Shown here piece after piece: positions 49,685 through 59,809 of a stretch of 64,000 nucleotides of DNA. This DNA is from Candidatus Latescibacterota bacterium. Lineage in GTDB: Bacteria > Latescibacterota > UBA2968 > UBA8231. The notes under the pieces were generated by a model. It had not been told where the DNA came from. It did not search any database and saw nothing but the letters and a program-made list of their open reading frames with translations. The DNA lies in contig CBDAOB010000004.1 of the NCBI GenBank assembly GCA_965197905.1, positions 1,376,001-1,440,000 on the forward strand, in the 5' to 3' direction. A program made the translations under genes and the position numbers. Each line of letters opens with the position of its first letter. Position 1 is the stretch's first letter.

Positions 49685-50549
49685 CCCCGAGGCTGAGGTC
49701 ATGGTTCAGGGTATTACCGGTCGCGAAGCCAGCAGCATGGTGGAGGATATGCTTGCGTATGGCAGCCGTGTTGTCGCCGGAGTAACCCCGGGCAAAGGCG
49801 GTCAGAAGGTGTTTGGGCTTCCGGTATACGATACCGTCGCGGAGCTGATGGAGCATCATAGTCCCTCTATCACCGTGATCTCCGTCCCGGCGCCAGCGGT
49901 TCTCGACGCGGCGTTGGAGGCGTTCTGTTTTCCTCTAGAGGTATGCTTGGTAATGTCGGAGCGGGTACCCCGCCTCGACACCTGTAAGCTGGTAGTTGCG
50001 GCTGAGGTGGGCGGGTGTACGGTGATCGGTCCCAATTCGTTGGGGCTCATCCGGCCCGGCATCGCCAAGCTGGGCACCGTGGGTGGCCGGCTCGACAACG
50101 TGCAGCGCTCCTACCGCCCGGGACAGGTCGCCGTGCTTTCCCGCAGCGGCGGCATGACCACCGAGATCGCCAGCTTCCTCACCAGCCGGGGCATCGGCCA
50201 GAGCATCGCCGTGGGCATTGGCGGCGATTCCATTGTAGGCGCCAATTTCCTGGAGCTGATCGAACTGCTCGAAAGCGATGAGCAAACCAGCTCGGTGGTT
50301 ATCTACGGCGAGCCCGGCGGCACCGCAGAGGAAGACCTGGCTGCAAGGCTCATCGAAAAGGGAAGCCGCCTTAAGGTGAACGCCTTTCTTTCCGGAAACT
50401 TCGTCGACGACCTGGAGGGGGTACGTTTCGGCCATGCCGCGGTCATAGTTGAAGGCGGCCGCGGTTCGGTGGCGGGTAAAAAGGCAGCGCTACGGGAGGC
50501 GGGGGTATTTGTGGCCGACGAGTTCGAAGACATAACTAGGGGGCTTTGA
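49674..50549 (+). CDS. Succinyl-CoA/citryl-CoA ligase-like alpha subunit
   Basis: VQGITG, GVTPGKGG, IGPNSLG, SRSGG, GIGGD, phospho-His motif RFGHA. Confidence 0.88.
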   Translation: MLLDPEAEVMVQGITGREASSMVEDMLAYGSRVVAGVTPGKGGQKVFGLPVYDTVAELMEHHSPSITVISVPAPAVLDAALEAFCFPLEVCLVMSERVPRLDTCKLVVAAEVGGCTVIGPNSLGLIRPGIAKLGTVGGRLDNVQRSYRPGQVAVLSRSGGMTTEIASFLTSRGIGQSIAVGIGGDSIVGANFLELIELLESDEQTSSVVIYGEPGGTAEEDLAARLIEKGSRLKVNAFLSGNFVDDLEGVRFGHAAVIVEGGRGSVAGKKAALREAGVFVADEFEDITRGL

Positions 50550-50550
50550 T

Positions 50551-51306
50551 ATGAGCGACTTTTGGAAGACCTCCATATCTCGAGTGCAGCCGGGAGAGAT
50601 TCTCGTTCGTGGGTATCCAATCGAGCAGCTGATGCAGCGCTGTTCGTTCGGCGATGTCGTCTACCTTCTGTTGAAAGGCGAGCTGCCCGCCGGCGCCGAG
50701 GGCAAGATGGTGGGCGCGTTGTTGGTCTCATGCTGTGAGCACAGCCTTGCTTCACCCAGCGTCGACGCTGTTCGATTCGTGGCTTCCTGCGGCGTTCCGT
50801 TGCAGACCGCCGTGGCTGCCGGCGTGAGCGCCATCGGCGATGTTCATGGGGGCGCGATGGAACCGTGTGCCGTCATTCTCAAGCAAGCGGTGGCCGCCGG
50901 AAAGGACGCGGATGAAGTCGTTAAGGAGTTCCGCGCGAGCGGTAAACGCATGCCGGGATATGGACACCCCGTGCACCGCCAACAGGACCCGCGGGTCGTC
51001 GCCTTGTTGGAACTGGCAGCGAAGTGGAGTATATCCGGTCCGCACACGGCGTTGGCGCGCGACCTCGAACGCAGTCTGGAGCGGGAACTCGGTCGGCGCT
51101 TACCGATGAATGTCGACGGTATCATTGCCGCCTTGCTCTGCGACATGGAGATCGATCCGGCGTTGGGCAAGACCTTCTTTATCGTCAGCCGTGCCGCCGG
51201 ATATGCCGCTCACGCTCATGAACAGACCACCGCCGAGCGGCCCTTCAAGGCACCGGGCATTGAAGAGATCACCTATACCGGACCCGAGAAAAGAGACGTT
51301 CCCTAA
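50551..51306 (+). CDS. Citryl-CoA lyase-like protein (short citrate synthase fold)
   Basis: 251 aa; WKTSIS, RGYPIEQL, HGGA, PGYGHPVH, DPR, NVDG. Confidence 0.85.
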   Translation: MSDFWKTSISRVQPGEILVRGYPIEQLMQRCSFGDVVYLLLKGELPAGAEGKMVGALLVSCCEHSLASPSVDAVRFVASCGVPLQTAVAAGVSAIGDVHGGAMEPCAVILKQAVAAGKDADEVVKEFRASGKRMPGYGHPVHRQQDPRVVALLELAAKWSISGPHTALARDLERSLERELGRRLPMNVDGIIAALLCDMEIDPALGKTFFIVSRAAGYAAHAHEQTTAERPFKAPGIEEITYTGPEKRDVP

Positions 51307-51357
51307 GACAGAACGGGAATCGAACCCAGAGGAAGGCGACCAAGCCAAGGAGTAGCG

Positions 51358-52335
51358 ATGAGTGCGCGTGAACTGACCATGGCCGAAGCCATCAACGAGG
51401 CGATACGCCACGAGATGCGCCGCAATCCCGAGATCATGTTGCTCGGCCAGGACATCGGCGCCTACGGGGGAACCTTCGGGGTCTACCGCGGGATCTTCGA
51501 CGAGTTCGGCGAGGACCGGGTCAAAGACGGCCCGCTGTGCGAGGCTGCCACCGTCGGTTTCGGCATAGGACTGGCGTTGAGCGGAATGCCCACCATCGTG
51601 GAAATCGAATTCTTCGACTTCATCACTCTCGCCTCTGACGCCCTGGTCAATCAAGCGGCAAAGATGCGGTACTTCTACGGGGGTCAGGTGAGTGTGCCGC
51701 TCATTTTGCGGGCGCCGATCGTCAATCGCTTGAGTCTCGGTGCGCAGCATTCCCAGAGCCTGGAAGCCTGGATGATGCACATTCCCGGTCTCCGTGTGGT
51801 TATTCCGTCCAATGGCGCCGACGCCAAGGGACTGCTACTGACGGTGATGCGGGAAAACAACCCCACTCTCTTCATCGAGAACGTCCGCCTCTACGCCGGC
51901 AAGGATGAGGTGCCCGAGGCGGATGAGGCGATTCCGCTGGGAAGGCTGAGAGTGGCGCGGGAGGGTGACAACCTGTCGATCGCCTGTTACAGCGGCATGG
52001 TCAAACCGTGCCTGGAAGCAGCCTCGGTGTTGGAGCAAGAGGGAATCCGATGTGACGTGCTCGATTTGCGCACCCTGTCTCCCCTCGATACCGACGGCAT
52101 CTGCGAATCGGTGCGCAAGACCGGGCGCCTCGTGGTAGCCCACGAAGCGGTCAAAACCTGCGGACCGGGCGCAGAGATCGCGCAGGTTGCGATGGAAGGA
52201 GCCTTCGATTACCTGCAGGCACCTATTGCTCGAGTCGCCGCCAAGGACCTTCCAATTCCGACGGGAGAGCTGCAGAGCGAAGTATTCCCCGACGCAGATG
52301 ATGTGGCGGCAGCGGCGCGGTCGGTGATGGCCTGA
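51358..52335 (+). CDS. 2-oxoacid/acetoin dehydrogenase E1 beta subunit
   Basis: GQDIG, NQAAK, GAQHSQSLE, DLRTLSPLD. Confidence 0.9.
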   Translation: MSARELTMAEAINEAIRHEMRRNPEIMLLGQDIGAYGGTFGVYRGIFDEFGEDRVKDGPLCEAATVGFGIGLALSGMPTIVEIEFFDFITLASDALVNQAAKMRYFYGGQVSVPLILRAPIVNRLSLGAQHSQSLEAWMMHIPGLRVVIPSNGADAKGLLLTVMRENNPTLFIENVRLYAGKDEVPEADEAIPLGRLRVAREGDNLSIACYSGMVKPCLEAASVLEQEGIRCDVLDLRTLSPLDTDGICESVRKTGRLVVAHEAVKTCGPGAEIAQVAMEGAFDYLQAPIARVAAKDLPIPTGELQSEVFPDADDVAAAARSVMA

Positions 52336-53318
52336 TGACGAACGAAAGGAAAGAGATGAGTGAGGACCTGAGTCTCGATACCCTGCTGGAGTGGTACGAG
52401 CAGATGTTGAACATCCGGTATTTTGAGGAGAACGCGGTCAGCAGTTTTCGCAAGGGGTTGTTCGGCGGCAGCACGCATCCGCAGATCGCCCAGGAAGCCA
52501 CGGCGGTCGGCGCTGCCGCGGCGCTTCAACTCACCGACCAGGTTCTGGCCACCTATCGCGGCCACGGTCACGCCATCTGCCGCGGCCTGTCGCTTGGCTC
52601 CATCATGGCCGAACTGTTGTGCAAGAGCACCGGTTGTTGCGGCGGCCGTGGTGGTTCGATGCACCTGTGCGACACGGAGCGCGACTTCTGGGGCACCAAC
52701 GCCATCGTCGCCGCTCACATCCCCATCGCCGCCGGCATCGCCCTGGCCAACCAGCGGCGGAAAGACGGTCGAGTGGTGGTTGTTTTCTTCGGCGACGGAG
52801 CCACCTGTGAAGGCGCGTTCTTCGAGACCCTCAACATGGCCACCCTGTGGAAGGTACCGCTAGTGCTGGTCTGTGAGAACAACGGGTACGCCATCTCCGT
52901 CCCCACCTCCAAGGCACACTCGGTTTCGGAGATTGCGGATCGCGCGTTGGGATTCGGCTTGCCCGGAACCTCGGTGGACGGGAACGACCCGATCGCGGTC
53001 TACGAAGCGGTGGGCGCAGCGGCCGAGCGCGCCCGCAACGGCGAGGGGCCTTCACTGGTTGAATGCCGCACAATTCGCTGGGAGCGACACAGCGCCATCT
53101 CGTCGGGCGCCTACGACAACGAGGAGGAGGCGCAGAAATGGAAGACGGTGGACCCGATTCCCCGCTTTGAGAAGTTGCTTGCCGAGCGCGGCGCGCAGGG
53201 GGTGGTGTTGGAGGAGATCCGGCAGCGCGCCAAAGCCAGAAACGATGAGGCTTTGCAGTTTGCCATCGACAGCCCGACGCCGGCAGCGGAAACCGTGGGA
53301 GATTTTGTGTTCTCATGA
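52335..53318 (+). CDS. 2-oxoacid/acetoin dehydrogenase E1 alpha subunit
   Basis: TYRGHGH, GRGGSMH, TPP motif FGDGA...ENN, VDGND. Confidence 0.9.
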   Translation: MTNERKEMSEDLSLDTLLEWYEQMLNIRYFEENAVSSFRKGLFGGSTHPQIAQEATAVGAAAALQLTDQVLATYRGHGHAICRGLSLGSIMAELLCKSTGCCGGRGGSMHLCDTERDFWGTNAIVAAHIPIAAGIALANQRRKDGRVVVVFFGDGATCEGAFFETLNMATLWKVPLVLVCENNGYAISVPTSKAHSVSEIADRALGFGLPGTSVDGNDPIAVYEAVGAAAERARNGEGPSLVECRTIRWERHSAISSGAYDNEEEAQKWKTVDPIPRFEKLLAERGAQGVVLEEIRQRAKARNDEALQFAIDSPTPAAETVGDFVFS

Positions 53319-53414
53319 TGGAAACGGTCACTACTGTGCCGGCAATGTGCCGCCTTGACCGGGGCTGCCTAAAGTCGCTTAATCAGGCCGACATTCTTGT
53401 GGAGGATAACTGAG

Positions 53415-54803
53415 ATGAGCGAATCATCGACGGCGGCGGCCAAACTAGCCGCCTTCTGTGCCGATATCCGCTGGGACGACATACCGTTGGAAGTACGGGA
53501 ACGGACGAAAGACTTCCTCCTCGACTCCCTGGGTGTGACGTTCCGGGGCACCCTCGAGGCCTCTAGCAAACCGGGCGTCGACTACGTCCGCGGCTTACAG
53601 ACCGACGGTCCCTCGTCCGTCATCGGCGAGGGGTTCCGCACCAGCGCGCCGTGGGCTGCTCTTGTCAACGGCACCGCCGCCCACGCCATCGAAATGGACG
53701 ATGTCACCAGCGAATCTTCACTGCATCCGGCGGTTTGTGCCATACCGGCCGCAGTCGGTGTCGCAGAAGAACGGGGCGCTGATGGGGCAGCGTTGGTGGC
53801 GGCGATCGTTGCCGGTTACGAGGTCACCCTGCGGGTTGGCAACGCCCTGAATCCCTCCTCCGCATATCAGCGAGGGTTCCATCCCACCAGCGTTTCAGGC
53901 GTTTTTGGAGCTGCTACCGCCGCCGCCCATATCATGGGGCTGAATGCCGCTCAACTTACCGACGCCCTCGGCATTTGCGGGTCCATGGCCTCTGGCTCTA
54001 TGGAGTATCTAACCGACGGCGCCTGGACGAAGAGAATCAACGCCGGATGGGCGGCACACGCCGGTACGGTCGCCGCCGGTCTCGCCGCCGCCGGTTTTAA
54101 CGGGCCACCCACCATTTTCGAAGGACCTCATGGGTTTCTCACCGGATTCACGGACGAGCCGAAAACAGCGCGCCTGTTGGATGATCTCGGCGACTTCTAT
54201 CAGATCCAAAAGGTGTCGATCAAGCCCTACGGTTGTTGCCGCTACAACCACGGTATCATCGACTGCATGTTCGCCTTGAGGGAAGAGCACGGCATCACGC
54301 CGGAGCAAGTCGAGAAAATCCGCTTTTCCGTGTTGTCTGCGGGCAGAGACATCGTCGCCGAGCCCATCGAGCAGAAACAGGCGCCCGAGAACGTCGTCGA
54401 TGCCCAGTTCTCCGCCCACTTCGCCGCCGCGGTCGCCCTGGCGCGCGGGGTCGCCGACGTCAATCAATTCACGCCGGAGAGTATCCAGGATCCGGTCCTC
54501 CGCGACCTCACCGCCAGAACGGAGCATCACTTCAATCCGGAGATCGACCGCCTCTATCCGCTGCAGTGGCGAACTGAAGCCGAGATCGAGCTGCGCGACG
54601 GACGTGTTGTGGCCACCGAAATCGACCACGCCACCGGTGAGCCCGAGAATCCGGTTCCCCGCGAGGACCTAGTCGAAAAGTTCATTCTGCTCGCGGAACC
54701 ACTCCTCCAAGGAGTCGCGGCTCAAGACCTGACCCGTCAGATCCTTACCATCGACCGCGAACCGGGCGGTTTCGAGATCGTCATGAGCACCCTGCGGCGT
54801 TGA
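53415..54803 (+). CDS. MmgE/PrpD family protein
   Basis: NGTAAHAIEMDD, LHP, GYEV, GFHPT, IFEGPHGF, KPYGCC, AQFS. Confidence 0.9.
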   Translation: MSESSTAAAKLAAFCADIRWDDIPLEVRERTKDFLLDSLGVTFRGTLEASSKPGVDYVRGLQTDGPSSVIGEGFRTSAPWAALVNGTAAHAIEMDDVTSESSLHPAVCAIPAAVGVAEERGADGAALVAAIVAGYEVTLRVGNALNPSSAYQRGFHPTSVSGVFGAATAAAHIMGLNAAQLTDALGICGSMASGSMEYLTDGAWTKRINAGWAAHAGTVAAGLAAAGFNGPPTIFEGPHGFLTGFTDEPKTARLLDDLGDFYQIQKVSIKPYGCCRYNHGIIDCMFALREEHGITPEQVEKIRFSVLSAGRDIVAEPIEQKQAPENVVDAQFSAHFAAAVALARGVADVNQFTPESIQDPVLRDLTARTEHHFNPEIDRLYPLQWRTEAEIELRDGRVVATEIDHATGEPENPVPREDLVEKFILLAEPLLQGVAAQDLTRQILTIDREPGGFEIVMSTLRR

Positions 54804-54977
54804 AGAGTTGCGACGGTTGTCCATGCGTGCCGGACTCGGGGCTCTGAGGCGGCACGTAGGCATTCCGAGTCTTGTGGCACCGACGTGGATTAGTCTATCT
54901 TTTGTGGTTTTCAAATTAGCATCGATGAAGTGAGTCCGATTCCGGGCTCTTGGTCAAAATCGACGGAGGCGTTAAGA

Positions 54978-56108
54978 ATGGCATTACACGAGGCGGTCAA
55001 GAGAGTGCTGGCTGCGAAGGGCGACAGAAAAAATGACTTCGAGCGGTTAAAAACCACACTGGCACTAAAAGAAGCCGATTGCGTCCCTGCCTTCGAGATG
55101 AGCATCGAGCCGGAGATCAAAGAACTGTTCATGGGACGTACACTAAAAGGTCACGCCGATGAGATGCAGTTCTTCCAGCAAGCGGGTTACGATGCCTACC
55201 CGGTGGCCCTAACAGTCATCAGCGTGCATCACAAACGCCGGGAGACGGAACGGACCGAGCAGGTGGATGTCACCCACACGAAAACGCGGACCTACAAGGC
55301 CGAGCTCGAGGCCTACACCGAACGCTATTGGGCGGAAATGCATAGGGGTGTAATAACCACCAAGGAAGAGTTCGCCGAATTCGACTGGCCCGACCCCGAC
55401 AACCTCGATTTCTCCGTCCTCGACGAAGTTGCCCCACTGCTTCCCGACGGCATGAAGATCAGCGTCATCATCGGCAAGATCTTCACGGGCGTCTGGTTCA
55501 TGATGGGACTGGAGACGTTCATGCTCGCCTGCATCGACGATCCCGAGCTCATTGAGATGATGTACGAGAAGGTCATTCCATTACAGCAACGCGCCATGGA
55601 AGCCGCCATGGCACATCCGGGGGTGGGCATGAGCTTCCACGCCGATGACCTGTCCGGCAAGAACGGGCCTCTCGTCCACCCGGACCACTACAAAAAGTAC
55701 GTGTTTCCCGCCTACACGAAGATGGCTGAGATGGCCAAGGCCGCCGATAAGCCGATGGTGTATCACACCGATGGCAAAATCGATATGATCATCGAGGAGT
55801 TGCTGGCCACGGGCATCGACGGGTGGCATCCGATCGAGAAGCAGGCACACGACATCAATGAGGTGAAGGCGGAGTACGGCAACCGCATCGCCCTCCTGGG
55901 CAACATCGATCTGCAGTATACCCTCACCAAGGGGACCCCCGCAGAGGTCGATGCCGAAGTGCGCGAGCGCATCCGCGACCTGGGGCCGGGAGGCGGTTAT
56001 TGTGTCTCCTCGGGAAACTCGATTCCGGAGTATGTCCCCATCGAGAACTATGCGGCTATGCTCGAGGCGACCTACAAATATGGCAAATACCCCCTATCAC
56101 TGAGCTAG
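54978..56108 (+). CDS. Uroporphyrinogen decarboxylase/MtaA-CmuA methyltransferase family protein
   Basis: ADDL, YHTDG, LLGNID, GGGYCVSSGNSI; adjacent to corrinoid protein. Confidence 0.8.
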   Translation: MALHEAVKRVLAAKGDRKNDFERLKTTLALKEADCVPAFEMSIEPEIKELFMGRTLKGHADEMQFFQQAGYDAYPVALTVISVHHKRRETERTEQVDVTHTKTRTYKAELEAYTERYWAEMHRGVITTKEEFAEFDWPDPDNLDFSVLDEVAPLLPDGMKISVIIGKIFTGVWFMMGLETFMLACIDDPELIEMMYEKVIPLQQRAMEAAMAHPGVGMSFHADDLSGKNGPLVHPDHYKKYVFPAYTKMAEMAKAADKPMVYHTDGKIDMIIEELLATGIDGWHPIEKQAHDINEVKAEYGNRIALLGNIDLQYTLTKGTPAEVDAEVRERIRDLGPGGGYCVSSGNSIPEYVPIENYAAMLEATYKYGKYPLSLS

Positions 56109-56116
56109 GACCGGCA

Positions 56117-56854
56117 ATGGCGATCGAGAACGAAGGAATAGAAGAAGAACTGGAGTGGGTCGAGGACCCGACCGAGAACGCGGATCTACGGGCGATCTTC
56201 GAAAGGGCGGATCCCATAATGCAAAATATCGCCTATGGCGTGATCACGGGCGAGCAGGAGACCTGCGATACCTTGACGAGAAAGGCCATTGACGACGGTC
56301 TTGATGTGCACACCATCCTCGACGATGGCCTGATCGCCGGAATGTCGGTGGTGGGGGTGAAGTTTCGCGACAACATCGTCTTCGTGCCCGAGGTGCTCGT
56401 CTCCGCCCGCGCCATGAAGGCGGGTATGGCCCACATCGACCCGATTCTTTCAGACTCCGGTATCGAGAAGATCGCCATCGTCATCATGGGCACAGTGAAG
56501 GGCGATCTTCACGACATCGGCAAGAATCTGTGTATCATGATGCTTAACGGAGCGGGTTTCGAGGTTCACGACCTGGGCGTCGATACGGGCTCTGAAGAGT
56601 TCATCGAGGCGGTGAAAGAACACGACGCCAAGATCGTCGGCATGTCAGCTCTACTGACAACGACGAGTATCAACATCGGCAAGACCATTCAAGAGTTCAA
56701 AGAAATCGGGCTTGGAGATGTGAAAACGATGGCCGGTGGTGCCGCCTTGAATCAAGAGCTAGCGACTGAAATGGGCTGCGACGGGTACGGCAGAGACGCC
56801 ATCGCCTGCGTCGAGAGAGCCAAGGAGTTCGCGGGAGTTCGCGAGCCTGGGTAA
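56117..56854 (+). CDS. Corrinoid (cobalamin-binding) methyltransferase protein, MtaC/MttC-like
   Basis: FVPEVL cap domain, GTVKGDLHDIGKN, DLGVD, MSALLTTT, GGA. Confidence 0.9.
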   Translation: MAIENEGIEEELEWVEDPTENADLRAIFERADPIMQNIAYGVITGEQETCDTLTRKAIDDGLDVHTILDDGLIAGMSVVGVKFRDNIVFVPEVLVSARAMKAGMAHIDPILSDSGIEKIAIVIMGTVKGDLHDIGKNLCIMMLNGAGFEVHDLGVDTGSEEFIEAVKEHDAKIVGMSALLTTTSINIGKTIQEFKEIGLGDVKTMAGGAALNQELATEMGCDGYGRDAIACVERAKEFAGVREPG

Positions 56855-56933
56855 CCTGGGCGGTCGGCACCGATAGCTCCGGTTACTCGCATCCAGGATG
56901 GAGTCGTCCCACAAAGTGCGAGGATAACCGCTG

Positions 56934-57761
56934 CTACAGAAGTGGTGCGATCGCATCCCGCATCTTGATCGATTCGGTCATGACGTCGCATTTGTCCATC
57001 TCCAACCAGTGCGGTTCGTGCTCGTATTCCAGCGTTAGGTACCCTTTGTATCCGGCGTCCTTCAGCATGCCCACCGCCGCCGGGAAATCGATCTCTCCAT
57101 CCTCCCAGCGAGCCTGGATCTGGGTGCTGGACCCCTGGCGCAGGTGAAAGTGCCCGGTAAACGGCACCAACGGGTCCACGTCCGCCATCTTGTATCCTTG
57201 CACCGTGAAGTGGGCGTAGTCGAGGGCCAGGCGCAGGTCGGGGTTCTGCTGCATGAATTCCAGCACTTCCCGTGGATTCTCCAGCAACCCCTCCACGTGG
57301 GGTTCGAAGGTGAGCGGGATCCCCGCTGCCGCCGCTACCGAAGTCATCTCCGACAACACCTCTGCCGCTAGGGACATCGAGTCTTCGTGGCTCATCCCCT
57401 CCTGATCCACACCGGGAAGAATGAGGAGTGATTTGATGTCCGCGGAGTTGCAGCAATCGAGAACCTTCCTGAAGGTCTCCATGTTGCGCTCGCGCACCGA
57501 TACATCCTTCGAGTTGATGGCTCGATCGGCGAAATCCTCTCCAAAGAGATAGAGCAGATTGCTCAATTCGATTCCAGGCTCCTTGAAGCGACGGGCTTGA
57601 CCGGCCGGATCCTTTTCAATATCCGCGGGGTCGATCTGGGTGCCGGTGATCGCGAGCAGATCGATCGCTTCCACGCCCAGGGCGCGCCAGATGTTGGCTG
57701 ACTCAACCAGGTTGGTACCTACAAAAGACCAGGCCGCTCCTGACAGTTTGATATCACCCAT
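56934..57761 (-). CDS. Sugar phosphate isomerase/epimerase (xylose isomerase-like TIM barrel)
   Basis: FEPH, LDYAHF, HFHLR, GYKGYLTLEY. Confidence 0.85.
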   Translation of the reverse strand: MGDIKLSGAAWSFVGTNLVESANIWRALGVEAIDLLAITGTQIDPADIEKDPAGQARRFKEPGIELSNLLYLFGEDFADRAINSKDVSVRERNMETFRKVLDCCNSADIKSLLILPGVDQEGMSHEDSMSLAAEVLSEMTSVAAAAGIPLTFEPHVEGLLENPREVLEFMQQNPDLRLALDYAHFTVQGYKMADVDPLVPFTGHFHLRQGSSTQIQARWEDGEIDFPAAVGMLKDAGYKGYLTLEYEHEPHWLEMDKCDVMTESIKMRDAIAPLL

Positions 57762-57812
57762 CGCCTATTCCTTTCTATTGGTAGATCCACGGATAGTTCG
57801 CAGAAACCCCGT

Positions 57813-58619
57813 TTACTCTGCGGTGCCGGGAACCGCTGCGGTAGTGCTCAACAGACCCCCTTCCACATCCAGGGCGACGCCCGTGATAAAATCCGAAGCG
57901 TCTGAGAGCAAGAACATGATTGCGTTGACGATGTCCGCTTCGGTTGGGTTTCTGCCGAGAGGGATCTCGGACGCTGTTGCGGCGAGGATATCCTTCGGAT
58001 TTTTGCCCGAAGAACCTTCTTTCCAGTCCAACACCGTCTTGCCCATCCCGGTAGTGGAGACCCCCGCTGGGCAGACGCAATTCACCGTAACGCCGGCTGG
58101 TGCCAATTCGCCGGCGATCGATTTGGTCAGTCCGACGACGCCGAACTTGGCCGCGGTGTACGCCGTGATGATCGGCCAACCGATCTTCGACGCGTCCGAG
58201 CCGATGTTGACGATGCGTCCTCTCCGGCCGCTCTCTCGCAACAAAGGCGCGGCTGCCTGACAACAGAGAAATACGCCCTTGAGATCGACGGCGATGACGC
58301 GATCCCAATTCTCCTCTTTGACCTCGTCAAGCGGGGCGAAATCTATCACGCCGGCTGAGTTCACCAGCGAATCCAGCCCCCCAAAGGCGCGGCCACAGGC
58401 GGCCACCGCCTCCTGAACAGACGTTTTCGAGGTCACGTCCAGCTCCAAGGGAAGCACGCTGTCGCTCGCAAGCTCTGTTTTTGCTTTTTCCAGCTGGGCA
58501 GGATCGATGTCGCCGATGGCCACCTGCGCCCCTTCTTCCAACAGGGCTTTGGTGGTCGCCAGGCCAAAACCATTGGCTCCGCCGGTGACCAGGGATTTGC
58601 GTGGTTCGGATTCAGACAT
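57813..58619 (-). CDS. Short-chain dehydrogenase/reductase
   Basis: TGGANGFG, VNSAG, YTAAK. Confidence 0.9.
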   Translation of the reverse strand: MSESEPRKSLVTGGANGFGLATTKALLEEGAQVAIGDIDPAQLEKAKTELASDSVLPLELDVTSKTSVQEAVAACGRAFGGLDSLVNSAGVIDFAPLDEVKEENWDRVIAVDLKGVFLCCQAAAPLLRESGRRGRIVNIGSDASKIGWPIITAYTAAKFGVVGLTKSIAGELAPAGVTVNCVCPAGVSTTGMGKTVLDWKEGSSGKNPKDILAATASEIPLGRNPTEADIVNAIMFLLSDASDFITGVALDVEGGLLSTTAAVPGTAE

Positions 58620-58673
58620 TTTCTCACGTCCTCTACTAGCGTGGGACAAGTCCGTATTCACGTTCAATTCTGC

Positions 58674-59804
58674 TCAGCTATCGAAATAATATTTCTCTAC
58701 CGCACTGTCCAGAATGGTAACGCCTAATCCCGGCGATTCTCGCACCGACAGATATCCGTCTTGTTGAACCCATGGATCGGACACCAGCTCGTGCTGCATG
58801 GGTGACTCGTGGGGTTTGAAGTCCATGGACGCGGCATGGGTGGAGTTCGCCATCAGGTGGACGCTGGCGGCGGTATTGAGCGCGCTGCTCCAGGTATGGG
58901 CACTCCATTCGAGGTTCTCTGCTTCGATCAGTTTTATAACGTGCCGACAACCGGTGATTCCGTGACAGCGCCCCGGATCCATCTGTACGACGTCGACCCC
59001 ACCGGATTGGAGCAGCCGCCGGTAACTCTCTACGTTCCACTCGTCTTCTCCGGTGCCGACGTTGGTGGCAACGGCGGCGCGCAACCGGGCGTGCCCCTCC
59101 AGATCGCTGGGAAAAAGCGGTTGCTCGATCCACCGGAGGGCATACGGTTCTAGGTCCCGAAAACGTTGAATCGCCGTGGGCACGTCCCAGATGTTCCACA
59201 CCCCAGGGGTATCCACCACCAGGTCGATCTCTTCGCCGATAAGGTTACGCACCTTGCCGACGACTTCGATATCCTTTTTGCGGTCCAGGCCGAATACCGC
59301 TTCCGGCTTCATGCCCCACCCGGCTTTGACGATCTGATACCCTTCATCCACCATGAAGCGGAACTCGTCGAGAGTCCAGTTGAAATCCTCCATATCGAAG
59401 ATGATCGAAGCCATGGCAAGGACGCGATCATGGAGCTGACCACCAAGAAGATTGCAGACCGGCAATTGAAGCAGCTTTCCTTTCAGATCCCACAGAGCCA
59501 TGTCCACGGCGCTCACCGCGAAGGCGGCGATCCCCTCGGGACCATACCACCAGATCCGTTCGAGCATCTTGTTCCACAAACGCTCGACCTCAAGCGCCGA
59601 CTCACCCACGAGCAAAGGGGCGTAACCCTGTTCGACGATGATCTTCGTCGCCAACGAGGACTCGCGAAATTGCGAAATGCACTCGCCCCATCCCGTCGTA
59701 CCGTCTTCCGCTTCCACCCGCGCCAGGGTTATGTAACGCTCAATTCCCTTGTAGTGCGGCTCGGGGTACGCCAGCGGGAAAGCCTGAATGCTCTTGATTT
59801 TCAT
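58674..59804 (-). CDS. Mandelate racemase/muconate lactonizing enzyme family protein
   Basis: GWGEC, DMALWDLKGK, WIEQP, GEDE, SAH, PGLGV. Confidence 0.9.
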   Translation of the reverse strand: MKIKSIQAFPLAYPEPHYKGIERYITLARVEAEDGTTGWGECISQFRESSLATKIIVEQGYAPLLVGESALEVERLWNKMLERIWWYGPEGIAAFAVSAVDMALWDLKGKLLQLPVCNLLGGQLHDRVLAMASIIFDMEDFNWTLDEFRFMVDEGYQIVKAGWGMKPEAVFGLDRKKDIEVVGKVRNLIGEEIDLVVDTPGVWNIWDVPTAIQRFRDLEPYALRWIEQPLFPSDLEGHARLRAAVATNVGTGEDEWNVESYRRLLQSGGVDVVQMDPGRCHGITGCRHVIKLIEAENLEWSAHTWSSALNTAASVHLMANSTHAASMDFKPHESPMQHELVSDPWVQQDGYLSVRESPGLGVTILDSAVEKYYFDS

Positions 59805-59809
59805 CGGGT

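Noticed and set aside
48491..51306. Evidence for reverse TCA carbon fixation
   Set aside because: Citrate-cleavage-like genes sit with oxidative E1/E2 and PrpD, and no ferredoxin oxidoreductase or fumarate reductase is in the window
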